Of a stretch of DNA of 64,000 nt, positions 38,567 through 47,043 are shown piece after piece (the first letter of the stretch is position 1; every line of letters begins with the position of its first letter). The position numbers and the translations under genes are program-made. Below the pieces are notes generated by a model. That model was not told where the DNA came from and ran no database searches. It saw only the letters and a list, made by a program, of their open reading frames with translations. The stretch is from an uncultured Eubacteriales bacterium (lineage in GTDB: Bacteria; Bacillota; Clostridia; Oscillospirales; CAJFTT01): positions 8,845 through 72,844 of the forward strand of contig CASDVX010000071.1 in NCBI GenBank assembly GCA_949284545.1, given 5' to 3'.

Positions 38567-40568
38567 TTATATCTCCTCCCGTTTTATCATATATTCCCGT
38601 TTGAGTTTTCTGTCAGAACGTACCATCAGAAATATTACTACGCCTATCATTGCTGCAACAGCGGCCAGCCCCGGGAAAAATCCGTTTCCTACCCTTCCTT
38701 CGGTAATAAGAGTGCCTAACTGATACGTAAGAAAAGCGACAGTATAGCCGGTGAAAAACTGAAGCCCGATTCCGCCAAGCAACCACTTGCGGTCTCTAAT
38801 TTCACTGCGCATTGCGCCGATAGCTGCAAAACACGGCGGTGTAAACAGATTGAACATGAGACAGGCAAGTGCAGCGGCTTTGGTAAGCCCGAAGATTGCG
38901 GCAACTTCATCTGCTCCGCCGATCAGAGACAGTTCTTCCGTATCTATGAAATTGGTTATCCCATAACAAACGGCAAGAGTGCCGACCACATTTTCTTTTG
39001 CTATGAAGCCGGTAACGGCTGCCGCAGCCATTTGCCACACGCCAAAGCCCAAAGGTATAAGCAAAACAGATACAGGCGTTGCTATTGATGCGAGGATAGA
39101 TGTGTTTTCTGCTCCTTCCTCAACCAATGCAAAGCTCCAATTGAAGCTTTGCATAAGCTGAACGATTGTGTTGCATACAAGGATTATAGTCCCCGCCTTG
39201 ACTATGTATGCCCAACCTCTGGAGCACATGGACAGAAACGAACGTTTTATCGACGGAAGTTTGTATTCCGGGAGTTCAATGATAAAAAATGATTTTCTGT
39301 TCTTGTATCCTGATATTTTATTCACAACCAGAGCGCCGATAAATATAAGAAAAATACCAGCAAAATACATTAAGGTACCCACCCATGACGAATCGGCAAA
39401 AAACACGCTTGCAAAGAGCGCTATGACCGGAAGTTTTGCTCCGCACGGCATGAAAGGCGCCAACATGGCCGTGGTACGGCGTTCGCGTTCGTTGTGTATG
39501 GTACGGCATGACATTATTCCCGGAATTGCACACCCTGTCGTAATGACAAACGGAATTACAGATTTGCCTGAAAGACCCACCTTTTTGAATATCGGATCCA
39601 AAACCACTGAGGCGCGTGCCATATACCCGCAATCCTCCAGAAGTGCTATGAGGAAATACATCACCATAACCAGCGGGAGAAAGCCGACAACCGCGCCAAC
39701 GCCCCCTATGACGCCGTCAACCAATATTGCTTTCAGTAACGGATGCGCATTTTCCACAAGCCCTGCGCCCAATTTTGAAAAGTTTCAATCCAACCCACCA
39801 GCGTATCCGCAAGAAACGGTCCCAGAGATGCCTGTGAGATGTCAAAGACAGCAAACATTACAACTGCAAAAATAGGAATGCCAAGCCACTTGTTAGTAAG
39901 AACGAAATCTATTTTATCACCAAAATTTTTTTCCCTTGTCAGTAGTTTGCGAGTTTCTATCTGCTCAACTATTTCGTTGACGAAGGCAAAACGTGTTCTG
40001 TCGGCCTCCTCAACCGATTTCTTATTGCTCAAGTCAATATTTTTCTGAGAATACGGAGCGGGTTGAACGCTGCCGTATATTTCCGTCGCGGCGTTTATTA
40101 CTTCACGTAATCCTTTTGATTCAGTCGAAACAGTATTGATTACCGGACACATCAATTTTTTTGAAAGCAGTTTTGTATCGATTACCGTCTCTTTCTTTTT
40201 ATTGATATCGCTTTTATTTAAAGCTACAACAATCGGAATACCGAGTTCAAGGAGCTGAGTGGTAAAAAAGAGACTTCTGCTCAAATTAGTTGCGTCAACT
40301 ATGTTTATTATGACGTCAGGATTCTCGTTTCTCACATATGAGCTGGTTATGTTCTCTTCGGAAGTAAACGGGGACATGGAATATGCACCGGGAAGGTCTA
40401 CCGCGATAATATCGTCTGCAATATTGCTGTATCCTTTTCTTATTGCATACTCCTTTTTTTTTCGACGGTAACCCCCGCCCAATTCCCGACCTTTTCATTT
40501 CGTCCGGTCAAAGCATTGTACATTGTAGTTTTACCGGAATTCGGATTTCCTGTTAAAGCAATTCTCAT
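38567..40568 (-). pseudogene. feoB: Ferrous iron transporter FeoB, reading frame interrupted twice (as assembled)
   Basis: The gene is split into three collinear pieces. Piece 1 runs from the ATG at 40568 ([38 protein letters not shown]) and stops at 40440. Piece 2 is 39733-40482 (..[29 protein letters not shown].., the rest of the G domain). Piece 3 is 38567-39772 (the membrane domain, ..LVENAHPLLKAILVDGVIGGVGAV..). Break 1 lies inside the T9/A9 run at 40454-40462, and break 2 lies near 39765-39790. Each needs a -1 shift. Confidence 0.75.
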
Positions 40569-40616
40569 ATTGTTTCCTCCTTTTATCTATTCATCTTACA
40601 GGGAAATTTGTAAATT

Positions 40617-40638
40617 TTAGTTAGCTATAGCTAACTAA
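40617..40638. promoter_or_regulatory. 22-bp perfect palindrome between feoA and feoB (candidate metalloregulator operator)
   Basis: TTAGTTAGC-TATA-GCTAACTAA shares the 9-4-9 core with the site upstream of feoA and resembles the DtxR/IdeR iron box TTAGGTTAGCCTAACCTAA. Confidence 0.55.
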
Positions 40639-40669
40639 TGCTCAAAAAAATATGCGGACACCATACTGC

Positions 40670-40891
40670 TTAGACCATAATTGCTTTGGCTAAATTATGG
40701 TCTATGTTATATCTGCCGTCTTTGACAGAAACGATGCAACCTCCGACCAGTTGAGACACCACAGTCATCGGTTCACCGCTGTAACATCCGAGTGAAAACA
40801 AAAATTCATCCATTTCCCTGTCGCCTGTTTGAACATTTTTTATGACATATTCTCTTCCCTCAACGGCTTGTATCAAATTCACTATCATCAC
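40670..40891 (-). CDS. feoA: Ferrous iron transport protein FeoA
   Basis: 73 aa, SH3-like FeoA pattern (L..A..G..Y.I..V...D......L.SLG...G....V). Confidence 0.85.
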   Translation of the reverse strand: MMIVNLIQAVEGREYVIKNVQTGDREMDEFLFSLGCYSGEPMTVVSQLVGGCIVSVKDGRYNIDHNLAKAIMV

Positions 40892-40928
40892 CGCCTATCC
40901 TATGACCGATTTTGTACTGTTAATTTAA

Positions 40929-40970
40929 AAACTAATCGTTAGTTAGCACACGCTAACCAACGATTAGTTT
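40929..40970. promoter_or_regulatory. 42-bp near-perfect inverted repeat overlapping the feoA promoter -10 (candidate operator)
   Basis: AAACTAATCGTTAGTTAGC-ACAC-GCTAACCAACGATTAGTTT (one mismatch). Its core, TTAGTTAGC-N4-GCTAACCAA, is the same motif as at 40617-40638. Confidence 0.55.
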
Positions 40971-40994
40971 ACACACACTACTGTGCTTTGTCAA
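40966..40994 (-). promoter_or_regulatory. Putative sigma-A promoter of feoA
   Basis: On the minus strand: TTGACA (40994-40989), a 17-nt spacer and TAAACT (40971-40966). Confidence 0.55.
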
Positions 40995-41017
40995 TACTTT
41001 TTTTGATTATTTTATCT

Positions 41018-42211
41018 TTAACCTTTCAGAGCTACCACCGGATCAAGTCTTGCGGCGGAAATTGCGGGAACAAGCGAAAAAACGATTCCCACTGATATTG
41101 CGAGGATACAGGTTTTGGCGTATTCGGTTACCGGGACTGAAATTTCTATAAGCAGAATTTTAGCGGCTAAACTGAGGGCGCCGGATGCAAGCACTATGCC
41201 TGCCAGACTGCCGAATCCTGAAATTATAGCGGATTCTGCGAGAAATTCTGCTATTATGTGTCCGTCATAGGCTCCTATTGATTTTTTAATACCTATTTCT
41301 CTTGTACGTTCTTTCACCGTTATCATCATTACGGTCATTATACTTATTCCGGACACAAACAAAGACACGCTTCCTATTGCGGAGAGCATGCTCGTTAAAG
41401 TGGACATGATGCTGTCAAAGCTGTCTTTTTTTTCATTCAGGTTTTCTATCTGTATATCGCCAAACCCGTTATATTCTATATTAAGGTATCTTACAACCTT
41501 TTTTGCAACGCTTGTTTCGTCATAACCGGGGCTTGCCTTGAGGGCCAGACGTTTGACTGTGTTTTTTCCCACAATAGCAGTATTTGACTCGTTTGGCACG
41601 TATACGAATGATGGCACATACTCGCTCAAAACAGAGGACAGTTGACCGCTGCCTGCTTTAATGACGCCGCAAATAGTGAATTCTTTCTGTCCGGAGGGAT
41701 AATGAATGTAGATTTTGCGCGATACTGCGTCAGCCGGGGAAGAAAAATATTTGTAAGCAAAATCTTCCGTTACAATACAGACATTGAGACACTCCGTGCA
41801 GTCCTGCTGCGTAAACATTTTTCCGTAGCTCACATTGAGATTCATAGCCGAGTCGGCGTTTTCGTTCACCCCCCAGATCACACATCCTGAGGTTTCATCC
41901 GCTACGCTTACTGATCTGTAGTCTGCCGAAACGGGCGTAATGGCCTCTATGCCCTCCACATTTGCGGTTATTTTTTGAACATCGCTGTCGGTAAAGTAAT
42001 AGTCATTTTCCTGGTCAAATTTTATACTCATTCCGTATAGCCCCATGGTATCAAGCTGTGTGGCAATAACTTCCCTGCCGCCCGTCGATACGCCGTTTAT
42101 AACGGCAATTGAAAACACTCCTACGGCCACGCCTGTCATAATAAGCAAGCTGCGATACGGCCTGCCGATTATGCGATTAAAGGCAATTCTGATAAGCTCC
42201 ATGTCAGTCAC
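41018..42211 (-). CDS. ABC transporter permease, MacB/FtsX type
   Basis: 397 aa: an N-terminal TM, a large extracytoplasmic domain and a C-terminal FtsX-like 3-TM bundle (TVKERTREIGIKKSIGA). Confidence 0.8.
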   Translation of the reverse strand: MTDMELIRIAFNRIIGRPYRSLLIMTGVAVGVFSIAVINGVSTGGREVIATQLDTMGLYGMSIKFDQENDYYFTDSDVQKITANVEGIEAITPVSADYRSVSVADETSGCVIWGVNENADSAMNLNVSYGKMFTQQDCTECLNVCIVTEDFAYKYFSSPADAVSRKIYIHYPSGQKEFTICGVIKAGSGQLSSVLSEYVPSFVYVPNESNTAIVGKNTVKRLALKASPGYDETSVAKKVVRYLNIEYNGFGDIQIENLNEKKDSFDSIMSTLTSMLSAIGSVSLFVSGISIMTVMMITVKERTREIGIKKSIGAYDGHIIAEFLAESAIISGFGSLAGIVLASGALSLAAKILLIEISVPVTEYAKTCILAISVGIVFSLVPAISAARLDPVVALKG

Positions 42212-43199
42212 CCTCAGTTATTCGTATATATTGCCCATCCAGCAATTCTTCATCGTTTGCCAGCACTATTTCTTCACGGCCTGTAAGCCCCTCAAGAATC
42301 TGCGTATATTCGGCGCTCCTTACGCCGAGCCGCACGCTTATCTTTTTAGCTCTGCCATTTTCACATATGAATACATGGCCCATGTCTCCACCATCTTCAA
42401 ATACGCATTCAAACGGCAGTAACAGAGCGTCAGTGTTCCTGTCTGTTATGACCTTAACGCTTACCGGAAAGCCGCTTTTCAGGCCATTATACGAGTTGTC
42501 AAAACTGAGAGAAAACGCTACCTGTCCGCTGTCGCTCGTTGTTGGGGAAATATTGGTTATTGTTGCTTCAATCTCGCCGTCAAAACATTCGGATGTAACA
42601 ACCGCCTGATTGCCAATCTGAAGGAATCTGCTGTATTCGGCGGGCACGGAAGCATTAATTTCCATGATACTTCTGTCTGAAACAACAATCTTAGTTTCCT
42701 CAGTAATCAACTCTTCCGCAACAAACGTAACTTCGGTGACAACACCGTCGCGCGGTGAACGTATTATCCCGTCGGATTCCAGCAGCATGTCTATTGTTTT
42801 GCTGTATTTGGACAATTCCGGAATTTCGCCTGCGATAGCGGCCTGAAGAGACTCTGTGATGCCGAGTGCATGCAGCATTTGCGCAATAGCCTCGGCATCC
42901 AACCTTTCAAGAAGACTGACAGTACGGTCAATATCTATTTTTGCCAGAACATCCCCGGCGGATACTTCGTCTCCTGGTGACACCATGACCTCACTGAAAT
43001 ACGCCGGATGATCTATATCGACGGTTGAAGCGTTGAGATCATTTATTTCCCCTGTGCAAACCACGACGCTTTCGGCCTCACCGAAAGCACAGTGAACGGT
43101 TTCATATTCTTTCACGCTCAAAAGCATGCTTTCACACGAAAAAACAATAGCTGCGTATATGGCGACCACGGAGCATAACAGTTTAATGTACTTTTTCAA
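42204..43199 (-). CDS. Efflux transporter periplasmic adaptor subunit (HlyD/MacA-like)
   Basis: Signal-anchor, a lipoyl-like hairpin (VSPGDEVSAGDVLAKID ... IRSPRDGVVTEV) and beta-barrel domains. Overlaps the permease start by 8 nt. TTG start after a GGGGAGGGG RBS. Confidence 0.75.
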   Translation of the reverse strand: MKKYIKLLCSVVAIYAAIVFSCESMLLSVKEYETVHCAFGEAESVVVCTGEINDLNASTVDIDHPAYFSEVMVSPGDEVSAGDVLAKIDIDRTVSLLERLDAEAIAQMLHALGITESLQAAIAGEIPELSKYSKTIDMLLESDGIIRSPRDGVVTEVTFVAEELITEETKIVVSDRSIMEINASVPAEYSRFLQIGNQAVVTSECFDGEIEATITNISPTTSDSGQVAFSLSFDNSYNGLKSGFPVSVKVITDRNTDALLLPFECVFEDGGDMGHVFICENGRAKKISVRLGVRSAEYTQILEGLTGREEIVLANDEELLDGQYIRITEGD

Positions 43200-43282
43200 T
43201 TAATTCCCCTCCCCGGTATATTTTTAACGGGCATTGGGGAATTATTAATTACATAATAATTTTATTTTTAAGGACTGATATC

Positions 43283-43477
43283 ATGATATTTTGCAACAAC
43301 AACTGCGCATATCAAAGCGACGGATACTGTACATTAAACAGAGCATTGCCGTTTGCAAGCAACAGCAATGCTCTGTTAAGCGACTGTATGTACTTCACGC
43401 CCGCGGGATCAGAGAGTTCCGGAGATAGCCCTGCACAGCTCCCTGATACTCCTGACCCCAACAAGCTGGACGCCTGA
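43283..43477 (+). CDS. Small Cys-rich protein with a DUF1540-like Cys pattern (tentative)
   Basis: MIFCNNNCAYQSDGYCTLN...SDCMYFTP echoes the Cx3-4CxY..C ... CxxFxP pattern of the DUF1540 protein at 59732. AAGGA RBS 8 nt upstream. The 3' 69 nt overlap the convergent radA. Confidence 0.35.
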   Translation: MIFCNNNCAYQSDGYCTLNRALPFASNSNALLSDCMYFTPAGSESSGDSPAQLPDTPDPNKLDA

Positions 43478-44800
43478 TTTTTCCGCAAGTTCATAGTTTG
43501 CATCAACACTGTGTTTTGGCAAAATGCATTTTTTGAAGCCAAGCCGAGCTGCTTCGCTGATTCGCACGGGTGTATTTGACACGGCTCTTACTTCACCGGC
43601 AAGGCCAACTTCCCCGAAAATTACCGTATCCTCTGGGATAGCAGTGTCCTTCATGCTTGAGTAAAGAGCAGCGACCACGGCCATATCGGCAGACGGCTCA
43701 AAAATGCGCAACCCGCCCACTACGTTCACATAGGCATCGAAATTCCCGAAAAGCACCCCTGCTCTTTTTTCAAGAATCGCAAGAAGTAAAACGAATCTGT
43801 TAAAATCAAATCCGGTGGACATTCTTCTCGGCGCGCCGTTGCCGGATGACGAAATAAGCGCCTGTACCTCCGCGAGTATGGGGCGGGTACCCTCGAGAAC
43901 GCATGTCACGGCGGTTCCTGAAACGCCAGTGGGACGGCCTGAAAGCATGACAGCCGACGGATTCAAAACCTCGCAAAGCCCGTGGTCGCTCATATCAAAC
44001 ACGCCTATTTCGTTAGTTGAACCAAAACGATTTTTTGCCGCTCGCAGTATCCGGTACGAAAAATTTCCGTCGCCCTCAAAATGAAGGACGCAGTCAACGA
44101 TATGTTCGAGAACCTTAGGCCCTGCAATGGCCCCTTCTTTGTTTACGTGTCCCACTATGAATGCCGGTATTTCAGCGTCCTTTACAGCTCTCATGATAGC
44201 CAGGGTGGATTCTCGGACCTGAGTGATGCTGCCGGGAAATGATGACACCCCGCTGAGCTGCATGGTCTGTATTGAATCTACGATGAGTATGTCGGGAGAA
44301 CACTTTGAGAGCGCCGCTACTATTTTCTCGACATTGTTTTCCGCCATCAACATTAAGTTCGGAGATTTTACCCCAAGTCTTTCAGCACGAAGCTTGATCT
44401 GGCTCAGAGATTCCTCCCCCGAAACATAAAGGATCTTTCTCTCCCTTCCCATGAACTCGCAAATTTGAAGCAAAATAGTGGATTTCCCTATTCCCGGACT
44501 TCCGCCCAAAAGCACTACCGAACCCTTTACAAGACCTCCGCCGAGGACCCTGTCCAATTCTCCCATGCCCGTGCTGTAACGGATATCACTGTTGATATTG
44601 ATAAGATTAAGAGTGTTTATTTCCGACATGTCAATATGCACGCGTTCGGAAGACTTGGAATGCATCGACGAGTACGGCTGCGAGGACTCCTCCTCTACCA
44701 TTGAGTTCCACGCTCCGCACGTAGGACATCTTCCGAACTGACGGACCGAAACTGCCCCGCACTCGGTGCATACATAATCAACTCTGCTTTTAGAAGCCAT
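43409..44800 (-). CDS. radA: DNA repair protein RadA (Sms)
   Basis: N-terminal zinc ribbon (CTECG..CPTCG), Walker A GGSPGIGKST, KNRFG and a Lon-like C-terminal domain. Confidence 0.95.
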   Translation of the reverse strand: MASKSRVDYVCTECGAVSVRQFGRCPTCGAWNSMVEEESSQPYSSMHSKSSERVHIDMSEINTLNLININSDIRYSTGMGELDRVLGGGLVKGSVVLLGGSPGIGKSTILLQICEFMGRERKILYVSGEESLSQIKLRAERLGVKSPNLMLMAENNVEKIVAALSKCSPDILIVDSIQTMQLSGVSSFPGSITQVRESTLAIMRAVKDAEIPAFIVGHVNKEGAIAGPKVLEHIVDCVLHFEGDGNFSYRILRAAKNRFGSTNEIGVFDMSDHGLCEVLNPSAVMLSGRPTGVSGTAVTCVLEGTRPILAEVQALISSSGNGAPRRMSTGFDFNRFVLLLAILEKRAGVLFGNFDAYVNVVGGLRIFEPSADMAVVAALYSSMKDTAIPEDTVIFGEVGLAGEVRAVSNTPVRISEAARLGFKKCILPKHSVDANYELAEKSGVQLVGVRSIRELCRAISGTL

Positions 44801-44836
44801 GACAATTAGACGTCCTTTCAGCTTTTTCCACGGCGT

Positions 44837-45529
44837 TTACAGCCCTGTAATGTTGATACCTGCTGCGACAATAAGACATATTTTTATTTGGTACTCTGAT
44901 TCGCACAGAAGTTTTTCTTCTTCCGGGTTAGATAAAAATCCGCATTCGACCAAAACGGCCGGCCCGGGTGCATTGTACATAATGAACAGGTTATCACCTG
45001 CTTCTTTCAGCTGTCTGCGGTTATCCGGCTGCAAATACTCGAGCAGGCTGCTTCTCAGGTTTTCGGCAAGTACCTTGCTTTTTCCGTTGTTGGGCGAATA
45101 GTAAAAACACATGCCGGACTGCCCGTGATCGTAAAAATTATTTTGATGAATGCTTATATAGGCGGCGGATTCATGTTCTACAGCGATTTTGAGCCTGTTG
45201 TGCAAATCAGACGTTTTCATCTGCCTGACTGTTGTGGCGTCGGGATCGTGTATGGAGATGTCGGTGTCGCGAGTCATTATAACGTTGTATCCCATAAAAA
45301 CCAAAAGATCTCTGAGAGCCAGCGATATTGCCAAATTGACCTCTTTCTCAACGGTGCCGCTGACTCCTACTGCCCCGCCGTCAATACCTCCGTGGCCGGG
45401 ATCAATGATTATCTCACGGCGTAGATCGGTTCTGACTCCAGAGGCAGGAAGATAAAGCGCACACGAGGTCTGTAAGCACAATACGGCCGCGACAAAAAAC
45501 GATACAATAATCTTTCCCACAGCAAACAC
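44837..45529 (-). CDS. cwlD: N-acetylmuramoyl-L-alanine amidase (CwlD-like, Amidase_3)
   Basis: N-terminal TM, IIDPGHGGIDGGAVG and ECGFLSNPEE motifs. The ~230-aa size is typical of germination-specific CwlD. Confidence 0.8.
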   Translation of the reverse strand: MFAVGKIIVSFFVAAVLCLQTSCALYLPASGVRTDLRREIIIDPGHGGIDGGAVGVSGTVEKEVNLAISLALRDLLVFMGYNVIMTRDTDISIHDPDATTVRQMKTSDLHNRLKIAVEHESAAYISIHQNNFYDHGQSGMCFYYSPNNGKSKVLAENLRSSLLEYLQPDNRRQLKEAGDNLFIMYNAPGPAVLVECGFLSNPEEEKLLCESEYQIKICLIVAAGINITGL

Positions 45530-45584
45530 CCCGCTATTACAGTTTGTGTCTTACAGAATATGCTGTGGAGATAAAATTTAGAAA

Positions 45585-46178
45585 TCAGGCTTTTTCGACG
45601 TCCCCTGTGTGGGAATCTTTGCCGTACATCAAGCGCTTGACTATGAGTTTATTGTTATATCCCCAAATATAACCGACAAGAGAAATAATCGGCAGTGGTA
45701 TAACAAATATGAAACATAGGTATGCGCCGTAAGCACATGACTCAATCAAGGTATTTACGAGGAAAAACGGATATGCATGCAGCAGGATGAAGAGACTTTT
45801 AGATATTGAAAAAATTGCAGGGGAAAATACGTTGCCGATGACAAGCAAAACATACAAAATCAATCCGGGTATACACGCCACGAGTCCGATTAAAAAACCG
45901 CGGCGCGGGTTATACCTGAGTATGCCGCGACTTTCCAAGCCTATATCTCTGAACCCGCGTTGCCAAGAGGCCGAGTATATCATGGTCACGTATACCACAG
46001 TCCCCATACCTATGCATATGAAACTGGACAGAAAATCCCCTATAAGCTCGTCCACGGATGTAAACACAAACTGAAAAACAATGGCTAAAATATCGGCAAT
46101 GCACAAAACCCCAAAAAGTTTCACCCCGGCGCCAAAAGTGGTGTCAAAGAAAAGGACTTTCTCTCTGTTCGCGGTCAT
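45585..46178 (-). CDS. Hypothetical polytopic membrane protein
   Basis: 197 aa with ~5 TM helices. ATGA overlap with the upstream YesL-like gene. No recognisable family. Confidence 0.5.
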   Translation of the reverse strand: MTANREKVLFFDTTFGAGVKLFGVLCIADILAIVFQFVFTSVDELIGDFLSSFICIGMGTVVYVTMIYSASWQRGFRDIGLESRGILRYNPRRGFLIGLVACIPGLILYVLLVIGNVFSPAIFSISKSLFILLHAYPFFLVNTLIESCAYGAYLCFIFVIPLPIISLVGYIWGYNNKLIVKRLMYGKDSHTGDVEKA

Positions 46179-47008
46179 TTTTGATCTCCCCCGTCATTAT
46201 CATGAATCTCGTCGGAACATATAATTTCTTCATCTGCCGACGGCTCATATTCCGATTCCCTTACCACCGGAGCCGTAGGAATTTCCCTGTCGCGGTACGG
46301 GTCAATCATTGTTTTTTTGATCACGGGGTATGATATACACACGGTGGCGAGACCTACAAAACTGAAATAAAACAAAACGATCACTGCAAATCCGAGAGCG
46401 GTTACGGCAAGTTGGCCCGCTGTAGGTACTGTTACCACAAAAAGCGAAGACAATATGATTATTGCAGTAATCAAAATATTTTTCGGAAGTGCGTAAAACG
46501 CCAAAATAAGCGAATTCCTGTACAGCTTTTTGATTGTAATATCAAATGTTACAAGGATTAAATACATGTAATACTGCATAAAGAGCAATATTATCAGGCC
46601 AAGCACGCACACGGCAAGGGGGACAGAAAAAAGCATAGAAGGATTTCCGACATAGCAGGAATACCAAAACCATATTGCAAATCCAAGCATTACAAACAGT
46701 AATGTGTTCAGTATGCCGACAATAAAGGATTGTTTAAAATTTTTTTTGGCGGTATCTATATAGTCGTCCCACACAAATGCATGTTTTTCCTGTGAAAAAT
46801 TTCGCAGAACATAGGAAAAACCGGCCATGGCGGGACCAACAAAAATGATAGTACAGCACGAGACCGCAAAAATCAAATTAAGCTGAACAAGCCGCCCAAA
46901 CTTCCTGAAATATATTTCCCAGAAACGAAAAAACCCTTTTTTCTGTTTTTCATTCTTGGAGACACCAGGTCCGTCTTTGTTGTAATCCGAAAACCCAAAC
47001 AGTCCCAT
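46175..47008 (-). CDS. YesL family (DUF624) membrane protein
   Basis: MGLFGFSDYNKDGPGVSKNEKQKKGFFRFWEIYFRKFGRLVQLNLIF is the typical DUF624 N-terminus. RBS GGGGAAAGGA precedes the ATG at 47008. Confidence 0.7.
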   Translation of the reverse strand: MGLFGFSDYNKDGPGVSKNEKQKKGFFRFWEIYFRKFGRLVQLNLIFAVSCCTIIFVGPAMAGFSYVLRNFSQEKHAFVWDDYIDTAKKNFKQSFIVGILNTLLFVMLGFAIWFWYSCYVGNPSMLFSVPLAVCVLGLIILLFMQYYMYLILVTFDITIKKLYRNSLILAFYALPKNILITAIIILSSLFVVTVPTAGQLAVTALGFAVIVLFYFSFVGLATVCISYPVIKKTMIDPYRDREIPTAPVVRESEYEPSADEEIICSDEIHDNDGGDQK

Positions 47009-47043
47009 TTTAACATCCTTTCCCCTGTGATTCCTCTGTTTCG

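Noticed and set aside
39168-39875. 235-aa + strand ORF, with similar shadow ORFs at 56159-56881, 54569-55153, 8449-9072 and 53000-53557.
   Set aside because: All are antisense to clear genes (feoB, clpX, lon, the yabR-like gene, and lon again for 53000-53557), and none carries a motif. I treat them as non-coding shadow ORFs.
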